This document shows, one piece after another, positions 47,861 through 61,400 of a stretch of 64,000 bases of DNA. The number at the start of each line of letters is the position of its first letter. The stretch's first letter is position 1. Both the position numbers and the translations under genes were made by a program. This stretch comes from Eutreptiella sp. 'Long Island Sound 2002' (lineage: Eukaryota; Protista; Euglenida): positions 175,398,001 through 175,462,000 of the forward strand of contig OZ038378.1 in NCBI GenBank assembly GCA_964036045.1, read 5' to 3'. A model generated the notes under the pieces. That model did not search any database and was not told the origin of the DNA. It worked only from the letters and a program-made list of their open reading frames with translations.

Positions 47861-50655
47861 CACCCAGTGGCCAAAGTGGGTGGGTGCGGGGCTAAGGGGC
47901 CAGTGCACAAACTGCTCAAGCGGTTCTCAGCCTCAACACCTTCAACCTCGAAATTTTCGAAGCCTATTTTTATGGAGTTGTGATTATCCACATTGATCAA
48001 ATCTCACGTGTAAAGTGTCCTTGTCTTGCCAACTTGTGATGGGGGTCAATCGTTACGTGCAATAAGTATTGGACATCCCGCTGCTCTTCGAGATGCTTAG
48101 AACTGGAACAAATTTTTCCACCGGAGGCATTGACTGGGCCTGGCTCTCCTGACATTTATGGTTCACACACCACAGACTGCTGCCGTGGTGCTCCCTGCGT
48201 TTCAGACCCTTTCACTTCTCTTTTCCCGGTCCTGTTCACGCTTCCGCATAGGCAGCCCGACCACTGCGGTCGGGCACTCCCAAGAGCCTACCGGACACAT
48301 CATTTCGCCATGCCCCGGCCATCTCCGTCACGCCATTGCCGACCGGTTCAGCCCAGCAGGCACCCTCAGGTATGGTATGATGGATGCAAAATGTTCTGCG
48401 TATGGACCCCAGCCTGGCCAAAGAACACTGAGGACGCGCGTGCGGAATGCACAGGGCCCACCGTCACCCGCTGCCCTCCTAGGGGGCAGCCGATCCTGAA
48501 CAGCATGAGGGGCAGGGCCAGGGTGTTTGAGGCCTTTTGAGCGACGGGTGCTCCTTTAGCAGTATGGCTGCTGCTGTAGTGGATCGCAGTTTGTCGATCA
48601 TTGAGTCATCACTCCTCCATGCGCTGCAATGTGTGCATCCTTCTGGAATCTCTTGAAGGTCTCTCTGCTTTACGGCTGAAACCCGCATTTTCCATCCAAT
48701 GTACTGTTGATGCCCAGTTCTATGCTGCGCCTCCCAGCTTCGCTCCTCCCACCTCCACCCGCACCCTACCACCCCGTCTGCACTGTGTTTTTGCTGTGAG
48801 TGCTGATTGCCCATGAGACATGTGGTGAGGGTTCCTTGAGAAGGGCTGACTACCGCCTGGACCGCCCTGCCCGACCTGGTGGTCTCGGTGCACATGCAGG
48901 GCTACCCCACCGACACAATCATACCACAGGGTTAATTATTGTTCCAACCTGGATGTTGGACCGCCAAGGGGGGGAATCAGGTGCAAGGTTGGGGGGGTTT
49001 GTTGCCCTGGTGTGGTGTGGAGTGTGGACCAAGCCTTTCTTGGTGACGGCGGCAGGGGGCGCAGCTGGACCCACCCACCCACTTTGGTTTGGGAAAACAC
49101 AGCGGGGGGGGGGGTGTTACAAGTTCCAGGCACGGCTTGTCCATACCCTTGTGGCTGCGTGGCGGGTCCATGGCTGACCCAACCATGAGCACCTTGGGCA
49201 CGTGCACACGCTCGTGGAGAGGGTGGCAACGGCGAGCCCCCTCTTTGGGGCCTGGGTCCAGTTCAGTTTGACTCTGCACCCGTCATCACTGTCCGCTACA
49301 CCCTGAACCTTTGTAGCCACCGGCGTCCCAGACCCACCCCAGGTCCAGGGTACCAGGGTGACGAGGGGATGTGCAATACACACTGGGCCATCTGTTGCAT
49401 CAGACGTCCCTGCCCCCCCAACCGCCCACCTGCCCACTGACGGCTCCGCGCTCGGGTTTCAGGGTCCACAGATCCTCAACCGGACTACCCCGGACAGCCT
49501 GGCCTATGGCACACTCACCTGCCATACCATGGGCACACAGCCTGGAAATGCAGCACAGCACTGGGGTGTCAGGCCTGGTGCTTTGGACCCTGTGTTACAA
49601 CCCCAACATCATTTGTGGTGGAGAGCACACTCTGAATTTCACGGTCTGGGAATGCCTGAATGTAAAAGCTGCAAGCGCTGGCAGGGGAATGTACACCACA
49701 GGGCCACCATCTGCTGCAATCGTGAGTAGTGGGACAAACATTCCGCTCTCACTCGTAAAACAGCGCTTCTTCTTGCCCCCCAGCCCCGCTTCCCTGATTC
49801 AACCAACAAGCAGGTCACACACCAGACTTGCCACTGGACATGCATCCAGGTAGGGAGGGCGGGGTGTCAGCTGGCCGATAATTCCCTGCGGTGTAGTGGA
49901 AAATGACTCTAGCATGTCTGCCCACATGCCTGTGTCAGAACAAGACCCAAAGCAGAGCCACCCGGCTCACATCAGATGCACTGCGAGCAACCCATGTGCT
50001 GTACCACTCAGCATCTACGGACAACAGTTTGGAGGGGAGCCTCCTCCAAACGCATATAAACTGCATCGCAACGGAAGCTATTCGGCTGCTTGTCCACATC
50101 TCCGCTTTCCCTTGAAATGATTCCCTGCCATACGCACCTACGTGTCCTTTGGTAGTGGGAAAGCTGTGGGACCTAGCCCAGCCTTCTCGCCCCAGCGCTC
50201 AGCCATATGGTTTGCGCATCCTCTGCCTTATGGCCCATGCTGCCTCTCTGCAGAATTGATGGGATCTGCGGTGACACTGTCCAACCTGAGCGGTATTGAG
50301 GCCGAATCTCAAGATTCGCTGAAGAGCGGTATGTTGTGGTGCAATTCGATTTCCTCCAGGTGGGGCCTCGTTGTCCCATTGCAGTGTTCATTAGGGAAGA
50401 TGTTCTGTCCACATGGTGTATCTGCCAGTTGGTGGCCCTGTGCGGATGCATGAAAACTCAGGGTCTTTTGGGCCTGGTACAGCACGTCTGCTTTGCTCTG
50501 TCGCCTGTATGGGTTACCTCTCAACACCCACCCAGTCTACCCACCCAGTCTACCTTGCTCACCCTGCTTTGACCTACTCACCCCCTGAGGACATGAAATG
50601 GAGCTCTGCTCCATCCCATGCAGTCCGTCCCAACAGCTCTTACCATTCACTCAGC

Positions 50656-50853
50656 TGAATTCAAGCTGCAGCAGATCAATTCGGCGTTCCGCAAGCGCCT
50701 GAAGACAGCCAAGTCTGACGATGTTGTGCTGGCGAACTCCCAAGCCGTGGACCCCGAGTTGCAGAGGCAGCAGTCGATCATGGCGGCCCTGATGGTGAAG
50801 ATTGAGCCCGGACTGGAGTCACATATTCATTTTCCGTTCCAGGCGACCGACGA
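50656..50853 (+). CDS. Candidate internal exon (unrecognised protein)
   Basis: cactcag acceptor and gtggag donor flank EFKLQQINSAFRKRLKTAKSDDVVLANSQAVDPELQRQQSIMAALMVKIEPGLESHIHFPFQATDE, with coding-like codon usage. Confidence 0.45.
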
Positions 50854-51590
50854 GGTGGAGGCTCTGAGATCTTTCCCCCCCCTTGGAGCTGACAACCCTT
50901 TAAGTGGCTGACCGCGTCGGGTGCTTAGCGCAGTCGGTTTTCCACTCCCTATCATGACGTGGTTCTTGGACACTGGATTTCGGCAAACAGACCAAACATT
51001 AGGGGTACATGCACCCTTGCGTATGTGGTCTCTGAAGCACGCTTTTATTGCCCTTCTTCTGCAAGTTGCTTCTTCTGCAAGTTGATACTTTCCCTTTGCT
51101 CCGGCAGCCATAACATGTGCTTTTTTATCATAGGTTTTTTCTCTGGGCCATGGGGGTGGGGGTGGCTGGCCAGCCCCCCATCCCCCTCCTTTCCCCTTCA
51201 AATCTCTCTCTCTGCCTACCCCCCCCCTGCTCAGCAGACGGTCTTGTGTGCCTCCTGGAGGTCGGAGGTCACCCAGGGTTGCCTGAACCAGAGCCTGAAC
51301 CATCGCCAGAACCTCTTTGCTGCACAGTGCATGCGGCGTGGCGCATTATGCACTCAGTTGGTTGCACTCAGCAGGTTGTTGACCTAACATGCTCCTTGGT
51401 GCTGTATCATTTTGGCCCTCTTGGGCGCAGGCAGGTCCAATGCACCAAAGTGCAGCATCAAGTCAGCGGGCAGAGTGCTGCTCAGCAGAACAACTCAATA
51501 GAGAGCTGTAGTGGTCCAGCCTTCCACGAATTGCTGCCTACTTTTGTGCTGCTGCTGTAGTATCTCCCTGCTGGGGCGGACTCGTGTATG

Positions 51591-51593
51591 TGC

Positions 51594-51678
<85 letters not shown>
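51591..51678. repeat. (GC)n(GT)n compound microsatellite
   Basis: Read directly. Confidence 0.95.
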
Positions 51679-51681
<3 letters not shown>

Positions 51682-53965
51682 AGCAATCTCGCAATCAATG
51701 ACGATCTTCCACAATCCTCTGAATTTCCTTTGTTTGTTTCTGTTGCATTTTCACTGTGCCTGGTTTAAGTTTCTAATCCATGCTTCTAAGAACCTGAGAG
51801 TCTCCTGTGGAGCACCGCCCTGTCTGACCACCACGTGAATATGCACATGGGTTGGAGGGGAAGTAGTCCATTCCCGAATACTGTAGCTCAATCACATCAG
51901 CGATATGGACCGAAGTTGGTTTTGCCTGCCTTCTCTCTTGGGTTGGGCCCAGCACGTGCAAAGCTGTACAGAACTGGTATGCCTTTTGCGCTTCTTCACC
52001 CGCAACTGCAAAGGAACGGATTTGTGCAGAATCGTAAGAGCAATGAGGAAGAGACACAGAAGAGTCCTTCGAGGGGCTCGGTGATCCCATTACTCACCAC
52101 TGTGTCTGCCAGGAGAGGCATTCTCAAAGATATGTTTCCCTCGGTGTTCCATTAACAATAGGTGTGCTAGAAGAAATTTCTTCCGGTCCTTCAGACTGTA
52201 GGCCATAAGCGGAGGTGGGGTGGGTGCTCCTCTCTGTAAGTGGTCCCTACATGTCCTGGACCCCCCCAGCCCCACAACCAGGAGACGGGGTGTTTTTACC
52301 TGTATGGACAAGTGACCGCTGTGTGCACCTGCTTGATGCCAAATGCACCGAAGCGACACCGAGGTGTTGGGCGGTCTCGCACAAATTCCCCTCCAATGAG
52401 ACACGCATTATGCATCACCTACACTCAAGATACCCCATCCCAATTGCTCTGACAAGTTGTTCTTTTGTTGGCAGCTGTTGCCGGCAGGTTGGGTTTGGGC
52501 GTCTCATGTGATCATCGGAGATAGCAAGGCTTCTTGACGGAGGCAAGGAGGTGACCATAAAGGACACCAGTCCACGTCATGTTGGGTACCATTCATCCTT
52601 CACCGACGTGACCGTTGCATCCGCAAACAGGGGGTGCATCATCCGTCAGCATCCGCACCACTTGTCCCGTTGGCATGCCTGGAAAAGAGCCGGAGCTGCC
52701 TTTCTCCGGCTCCAAGGCCTTTCACGGAGAATTTAATGTTGGTGGGGCAGATGGGCCAGCGTGCAAATGACCCACATTTATGCTATTGCACCCAATGATT
52801 TTCACGTTGTTTTGAGATTGCCATAGCTGAGGGGCCAGCAGCGTATAGCGTATAGCGTATATCCAGCAGGGTCTAGGGATAATCCCACAGTGTCGTGCAA
52901 CCCTGTTGCAGCATGCGGCAATGCCGCTGGGCTGACTGACCAACTGACCATCCTGACTTGTGAACCAATCATTCATATCCTCAAATTCCTCGTTGTGCAT
53001 ACTCGATTCACATCCCCTCTCTGAGGCCCCATCCCCTGGTGTTTCTCTAAGCAACTGCCGAACCATCTCATCACAGCCACCGCCATCGCCATTGCCATAA
53101 CTGTTGCCAACGTCTGAGACATTATTGGAGTATTGGAGGCTTTAGTGCCTTGGTGCTTGGATGCTGTGGTACCAGGTGCCATTCACCTTGGTAGGGGAGC
53201 TTTCCCGACGGGACGGATTGGTGAGAGCTGTCCCAAGTGTGCTTTGATTGTCCACTGCTGTTTGTTTCCTCACCCACCCAGGCTGGCTAATGTCAACCCT
53301 TTTTGCACGACAGTCCGTGCAGTACGAACCATTCAGCACAGTGCGAAGCAGTGTGCTGCTTGCTTGCAGCGCTGGTATTCGGTGGTGGATGCCCCAGAAG
53401 CGGTTCAATACAGAAAGAGGTTCGGATGCAAATGTTGACATTTCGACAATCTGTGGCATTGCAACACTCTAATCCTTTACAGCCCATACCCCGGCAGTGT
53501 TGGAAGAGGAGACTTGTTGGTCTTGGGGTGCAGTGTTCCAATGGGCAGACCAGTGCGGACATTGTGCTTTGTGGGCATGGCTCTGGCACAGGGCAAACGT
53601 GCAGGGCTTCTTGAAAGTGCCACTGATCCACCTCAGTGTCGGTAGTTCCTGAAAACTTCAAGTTTGCCCGCAAGAAATAGTATGCACGAGGTCCCCCCCC
53701 CCCAGCCCTGCACACACCCAGCCCACCGGCTACGATGCTTTGTGCCTTGCATGCCTTGACACTGAACAAAAATCCCGATTACCGCTGCTGACCAAGGGGG
53801 CGCACCGTGTGCTGTGCAAAATGTAGGCCATTTTTGGCCAGTTATCCCTGGGTATTGCTGCGGTGCCACAGGCATTGCTGTTGTTTGGCCAAAGCGGGAG
53901 CATTAGCGCGCAGGGCACGCGCCAGGCAAAATGAGGTTGATGAGGAAGATGACGATACCTATCTT

Positions 53966-54046
53966 TGCCAAGTTTGTCGCAAAAAGGAGACATCGGAATG
54001 CTCAACATGTAACCTTTATTTGTGTGCCAATTGCTTGCGCAAGCAT
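53966..54046 (+). other. Isolated Cys-rich zinc-finger-like coding fragment (B-box or piggyBac-CRD-like)
   Basis: CQVCRKKETSECSTCNLYLCANCLRKH = C-x2-C-x7-C-x2-C-x4-C-x2-C-x3-H after an acidic stretch; no surrounding ORF recognised. Confidence 0.35.
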
Positions 54047-55442
54047 GCTTGTGATATCATGTCCCTGAGTAACCACTTATTTATTTCGAGATGTCCTGTG
54101 GCTGTCTCATGTGGCAACTGTATAATGTGTTGTGACCATACAGGACATCCTTTTGGGACCACAACTCAGCTTGGGAATGTGCAATGATTCAGTGCTGTTT
54201 TTGCCATGTGCATGTGTGCTTCCCCAGAGAGTGGTGGATTTCAGTGTGGTCACGTGACCCCCCAAGTGTCTCCCACCCTGAGCTCTTGTTTCTCATTGGT
54301 GCCCACAGTGTGTTGCCCCTAGCAACGCTTGCGGGAGTAGCTTGTGGCACTAGAGGGCAAGCAAGGTGCACTTTCAGGGTGAGTGTATATTAACAGGGGA
54401 CGCTATCCCTCCCTTCCTCTCCCTCTGCCCCTTCTTTGCTGAATTCTGGCTGTGTGTGTGGGTGATCCAAGATGTCGGTTTCTAGGCTTCTTTCTGGGCA
54501 GGTTTCTGCGCCATGTGGGCAGTGTGTTGTGAATGTGAGTAGTGGTACCACTCATGGAACAAAAAGCATGGAATGCTTCGGACCAATCACGAATGGGGTG
54601 GACGCCGAGCTGTTGCTTGCAGAGGAAGGGGGTGACTGTCTAAGACCCAGAATCAACAGTATGGGCTTGATGTCACATACAGGCTTGGGTTGGGAGGGTA
54701 GGGGTGCAAAAGGGTGCATACATTCAGTTTTCTTGGCCCATTAATTTATCAGTATGTAAATACGACAGCCAAATATGAAAATTTCAGTTTGGATCTTTAC
54801 GAAGAGTGGGTCTGCATTGTGGCAGACCCCGCCACCCCACCCCATCCTTTCAGCATTTACAATGGCATGTGCACAGAGATACGGGGCTCCACAACTACGG
54901 GAGGGGGGCGAGTGCCAATGCTCGTTACTACATGGTTGGCAGACACCATCAGTACACTGCGGCATGCAATGCCAACACCTTTTGGAAAAAGACGTGTCTG
55001 GGCGAGAATTGGGCGCGTTTTGGCTCGTGCATAAGCAACCCATGCACAGTGGCCATCCCTCACAAACATGAACAAAGTGGACAAGTGAACATCACCAAAC
55101 AAGCAAATGGACCACGAACTCTGTTTTTTTTTTTGTGCCAGGTTGTAAAGTTTTGCAGCTGCATATTGCTGGTGTGCTGTTTGCAAACTGTGGGTAAATG
55201 GCAAATGGTCACCATTTCTGCACAGTGTTCGGAGAGACAGTATGGGCAGCACACACCCTGATGCATGCCTTTTGCAGAACCCTCACACAGAGCGAAGGTC
55301 TGCAATGCATGTTTAGTACATGTAGAGCCAGAGTGGTACTGCGCGTTTTTGCTTGGGTTTATGTCTAAACCTGTTTTCAGATCAGACTCCAGGCAAGGGG
55401 TCAGGCGCACATTCATACACTCTCGCAGGGTGTTTCCACACC

Positions 55443-58400
55443 ATGAATCCCAATCAGCCCTTCCCACCCCCCCAATATCAGGGCTACGGGAACCAGCCGC
55501 CACCGCCACAGCCTCAGAATTTCCAAGGCCAGACGCAGCCCCCACCGATGCAACCAGGACAGCCTGGGCAGATGCAGCCCCCACCGATGCAACCAGGACA
55601 GCCTGGGCAGATGCAGCCCCCACCGATGCAGCCTGGGCAGCCAGGCCAGATGCAGCCCCCACCCATGCAGCCTGGGCAGCCAGGCCAGATGCCACCCCCA
55701 CCCATGCAGCCTGGGCAGCCAGGCCAGATGCAGCCCCCACCCATGCAGCCTGGGCAGCCAGGCCAGATGCAGCCCCCACCCATGCAGCCTGGGCAGCCAG
55801 GCCAGATGCCACCCCCACCAATGCCTGGTGGCCAGCAACCACCACCCTCGCCAGGTGGCCAGCAACAACCACCCATGCCTGGCCAGCAACTACCTTACGG
55901 CCAGCCTGGCCAGCCTGGGATGCAGCCACCACCAGGACAGGGCTACGCTGCCGGTGGCCCCCCACAACCATCATATGGGCAGCCCCCTCCCCCACAGCAG
56001 TATGGCCAGCCCAGTGCGCCACATGGCCTGCCACAGCAGTACCCTCCACAAAGCATGCAGCCGTCCATGCCGCCTGCCCCACAGCAGTACAACCAGCCAC
56101 CGGTCCCAGGCATGCAGGGCGGAGCACAGGGGCAGCAGTACGGTGGATACATGGGCCAACCACAACCCACGCCAGAAGCAGCAGGGACACCAGATTATGG
56201 ACAGCGAGGCCCAATGGGGATGTCAGGCTACGCTGCCCAACCGCCGCCTCAGTTTGCACGAGGGGCTCCACCAGGGCCACCAACAGCTGGACCTGTGCCC
56301 GGAGCAGTGCATGGGTCCATGCAGGTCTGTGTTCTGGGTGTTTTACGTATGGATGTCTGGTTGCGCATACGTGCGTGTGTATGCCAGTATGCATGCATGT
56401 CTGTATGTGTGTGTGCGAGCACGCGCGTTTGCATGCGTGTGTGTTTGCGCTTATGTGTGGTGCAAAGAGCCTTAAACCAAGACTGGGATGTACTTTGGGA
56501 TGTGTGGCCCAAAAACCAATTCTGAGTCCACCCACCGCAAACCCCCTTTTTTGTGTGGTTTCCACCCCTCAGAATGTTTGTTTAAATGGACGCCTGTACC
56601 TGTGTGCGCTGGGGCTTGCCATGGCGGCGCAGAGGGCCAAATTAGCTTGAGCCAAAATGGGTCCAACGGGTCCTGGCAGCTCAAAAATGAATTCTCCCAA
56701 AAGTGTTCCCAAAAAGTGTTCCCAGAACACTTGGGATGTCCAAACAAGTGTTTTTAGCACATTGTGAGCCCGTGGTGACCTGTTGTGACCCTCCAAAATA
56801 AAAAAAAAAGCCTTGAAAATGGGCCATTTTGGGACCAAAACAGGTCAAAAAGCGGTGAAAAACAAAAATTTCCAAAAGTGATCCTCAACCTCTAAACAAT
56901 GTCCAAAGAAGTGTGTGTAGCCCACTTTGAGTCCGGGTTGGGCTGTTTTGGCTCTCCAAAAGTCTCCAAAAGCCTTGAAAATGAAGTGGTTTCCGTTATG
57001 TCCCACTTGTTGATGACGAGCGAGGATAGTGATGTGGTGGGGATGAAGGCCGCACCACAAACTCCTCAAGGTCCGCGAGCTATGTATGGCTACATGACCC
57101 CTGCCTTCTCAGGGTCCCCATAGTGGGGACAGTTCAATATGGGGGATGGAAAATGGGTTAAAATGGTTGAAAATGAACAACAAAGGGTGACAATTCAAAT
57201 GTGCCACATCCCAAATGCACAGGAAGGTAAAAAAACCCCAGTATGGAACCAAAAACTTGTCAAAAGGGGCCAAAAGTAGGGTCCGAGTATTTGCCGACAT
57301 CCAAAACTTTGCACTGCGTGCATGGCATTCCCTCTACAAGGCCTGCTCGTGCAGAGTCATGTGGACACAATGAGTGACAAGAACCCATTTTCAAAAACCC
57401 CTGCACGCGTGCAACCTGACAAACAAAGGTGATCGGCGTGACCCACTGCGCGACACCCCGTGTCGCGTCCACGCTCAGAATCACCACCGCCCTCCCCTTC
57501 ACCCTATTCGCGGTCCCCATCACCCAAGAGACCACGAACAACGTGTTCCCCACGCTCTGAGTCAAGGGACACCTCATCACCGCCTCCAAGAGCGAAGCCA
57601 CAGGCACCGAAACACTCAAAGCAAGCGGACTTTACAAGGCCGAGTGGTTTGTTCATAGGAACAGTGGAGTGCCAAGTTGAAGGCAATTTCGTTGTTCTCA
57701 TGTGGGCTTTGCTGCTTCGCTGTGCAACCAGTTAGGTGACAGGTATTCTTGGGTGAGTATCCCGGCCTCTGCGTGCGCAGTGCGCAGTATGCACGCAGTG
57801 CGCATGCAGTGCAACAACTTGGCCAGAATTGTGGGTTTTGGGGCTGTGGGACTGGAATGTGGTTTGTCAGTGCCTTTTTTTAAGTGAGGCGAGAGGGTTT
57901 TTTTTGTATTTTCCAAAAAAAAACAAACAACATCCAGTCCAACTACCATTTTGTGGCCCACAACCGCAGTTTGTTAGCCCATACCCGCCATCGGTTGGCC
58001 CACGATTGGTGTCGGTTAGCCTAAGACTGCTGTCAATTGTCCCTCAATTGCCGACCGGTGCCGTAAAACAATCGTCATTAGCCTCCAATTAGGCTGCGAT
58101 TACAGACGGCCTCCGGTGTGGCACCTTCCTTGAAATTTCTCGCATATGACATCCATTCGATGTGGGCATCTAGAAGCCTTATAACCACATTGCATCATGC
58201 ACAGCGAGTTCAGGTTGCACAACTCGTCCATGTTCATGGATTTTTCATGGAGTTGTCATTATCACCCCAAGTATCCCTAGTATGTCCCAAACTAAATGGT
58301 CCATGCGCGCTATACTGCATGGAACATACAGCCGTCCGTACAAGTGATCAGCCCGCCTTATGAGCAGAGAACCTCTTGGTGCTCCCTTGCCTCCACTCCC

Positions 58401-61400
58401 CTTCCTCCCTCTTCACGGTCGCGAGTTCGAAGACTTTTCCTGCCCAGCGAATTAAAGGTGGATCCAACAAGGCCGCCATGCTCTTTCTGTATGTCTATAA
58501 ATTGAGCTGACTGATGGACGGCCTGCCTGCTGCCTCAGAAGCTCCAAAATCAGCCTCTCAACCCTTTCCTAAATGCTCAGACATCCCAGCCTGGCGTACA
58601 GTGTACAGTGTGCCCCCCTCGAGGGACCAGCACATGGTTCCTGATGTAGCAAGCCAAATAAGACCAATCACCGAATCTCATCAGCACATTGCAATCCCCA
58701 TGCTGCCTTGTTGACAGCGTTCTGTGCCACGGTCTTGTGCAGAAAATGTGCATGTCAATGCACAGAAAACTTTCGTTCTGCATTTCTCAAACGGGCTCGT
58801 CTTTGAGCCCTCGAAACATGTTTTGACATTGTAGATGCTGGACTTTCTGGATGCATACGCATTGCTGAGTCAAGATAACATACCCCTCATCGTGACTGCG
58901 ACTCCCTCATTTTCGTATTTCATTGCTCCAGCCCTTGCAAGCTCTCTTAGCACCAGGAGCACCCACTCCCCGGTTTCTCACTGTCCCCTTGCAGCAGCAG
59001 CCCCAAGAGCAGCTGCACTTCAAGGCCCTGCCCATCGCCGGCGGACGATCCACAGCAGACAGCATGTTCCCCCGCTTCAAGTTGGAGGACCACCACGACG
59101 AAGACGTTGTTCAGAGCGTTGGGTATGGGCAGGGCGGTCAGGGTATTCAGGCGACCGTGGCCTCGTCCGCCATACCGCGTAACCAGCAGCCGCGGCCCCC
59201 TGTTCTTCTGGTTACGGCTGCCCCCCCCCCCCGCCCCCAACCAACACCCGGTATGCCTGATCGCCTCCACCCCCAAGTACCAACCTGCTTTACTATGATA
59301 GCATAGCGAATCCCTTGAGATGAAGGACAGCCTGTCAGAGGTTGGGCGCGTCGGGCTGGGCAACCCGCAATCCGCCCCCGCCATCCGCCACCCCCCTTCC
59401 CCCTGACCCCTAGTTCGTGATCCGTTCGGGTTCAGTGTGGTGGAGACACAGGGAGTGGGCACCCTTTCCTGGCAGTCAGCTGGCACGGGGCCCGCACCGA
59501 TCGCCGGCAGCTCCTCCTCCTCCTCCTCCTCCTCCTCCTCCTCCTCCTCCTCCCCCCTCCCCCTGACCCTAAGAATGGACTGCAGGGCGTCCCTGAGAGG
59601 ATCTCCCGCGCTCTTACGAGTCCCATCGGAAGCAGGACCAGGCCACAGGCATGCCCTACTCCGCCCTGCTCCTCCTGATGACCCCCACCCCCCTCTCCCG
59701 TTCCCCCAGCTCGCAATCACAAGCAGCTTCGGACATGTCAGTGTTGGTCTACAGACACACCGTCTCGCTTTTGGGCCCGATAGCGATACGACCACTGCAA
59801 CATTCTGAGTGAGTAAAAGAAAGGTTGGTTGGCCGAGACACAATTTTTGTTGAGCGCAACACCATTGGGCCGTTTGGCTGAGCGAGACACCATTTGGTGG
59901 TTTAATTGAGTGATACACCATTTGGTTGTTTGGTTGTGCGAAACGCTATTTGCTTCTTTGGTTGAGTCACAAATTGGTTAAGTAGATACCATTTGTTTGA
60001 GGGAAAATGATGACCATAATGGAACATCCTGGCCGATGTAGACGGGGCGCGAGAGCCTAGTCGAGTAAGGCGAATAGTAGAGCAGCGTGCTGAGAGACCA
60101 ACTGGGCGGGGACTCTCGACAGTGTGCAAATCGATGAGGGCTGAAGGGCCTCTGCCCTTCGTCCTGCTCCCAGTCAGGTTGTAGTGGACGCAGTCAGCCA
60201 TTCACGTTCCCACGTCCTCACTCAGGAGCCCTGGGCCCCATCCAATCAAGCCATGCTCCTCAAATTTCATCCGGCTGTCACACGGAGCCATCCCCAGCAA
60301 CAGTAATATTGCCAGGTACCCATCTGCCTGTTCTTCAGTCTGGGGAGGAGCTCTTCTTTCAGCATTGATGGTCCATGCCAGACATGGTGGGTCGATTGGA
60401 TCAGGTGGGACCAACACAATGCAAGCGAGATTTGGCCTGTATTGTTAAAATGCAATATTTACCGAGCTGGGTTTACCCTGTCGAGGTTTTACACCACTTT
60501 TTAGGGTCCAAGGGTGAGCAACACGTTTTAGCAGCAGCAGCAGCAGCAAGCAAGCAGGCAGTCCAAAAGTCCTTGCGACCACACCATGGCTCAAAACCGG
60601 CATCCAAGTAGCTCAAAAACGACCGGGGAGCCAAGGCGCATCACCACAAACAACTTTCGTGCCGGTTCGAGCCGTCTAGCCCGTTCTATGGCCGATTTAG
60701 TGTCCAAAAATGGCCGTTTTGGGGCTGTTTTCAGGACGATCGTCCTGAAAACTCAGGACGATCGCCGCTGTGTCAAGTGGGTGTTTGCAATGAGGGCCGT
60801 TGTTCTTCCATAGCGATTGGGGTATCAAAGGAACGCAACTCGGTGTTCAATAAGGCACGTACCATGCCGTGGTGCCACACCGTGGTCTTTTTTGAGGTGA
60901 AAATGAGCCGTTTTTGAGCCGCGATTCAGGAAAATTGTCCTAATTGTGGCAGCACATCTGCAAGGCAAGCGGCCTTTCCTCAGCAGCGATTTCCAATGCG
61001 TTATGCAAGACTAGGACCCAGCTCGGTCCTAGTTCGAGTCTTGATTGAAGCATGCCCGTAGCTGTTTCAACTACAAAACACCGCGTCGGTCAGCATTGAG
61101 AGGGCAATATGCGCACGATTTTCCGATGCATTTTCCTTGAAACCACTCCAGGGCAGCATGTTCGGCATTCCGCGGGGAGCTCGATTGTGTGAATGGCAGG
61201 ATGAAGAGAGGAATGCAGCACAGCATTTTTTTTGTTTTTGAGGTTGCATTGCAAGTCCGCACGGTGTAGGATTCAGCCTTGGAGACGTACTGCACTCCAG
61301 GTGATAAAAAAGAGCACGTCGGCCCAATGCTCGTTCCATGCTCTGCATCTACCAACTGGTTACCGAGCTGGGTCTGTCCCAGTGGAGGTTTTACAACCCA

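Noticed and set aside
48310-48345. Tyrosine recombinase box II (GHLRHAIA)
   Set aside because: Spacing is HLRH rather than HxLRH, and no box I Arg or catalytic Tyr context is present
55060-56650. 501-aa antisense and 461-aa alternative-frame ORFs
   Set aside because: By-products of the Pro/Gln repeat in SEC24 exon 1
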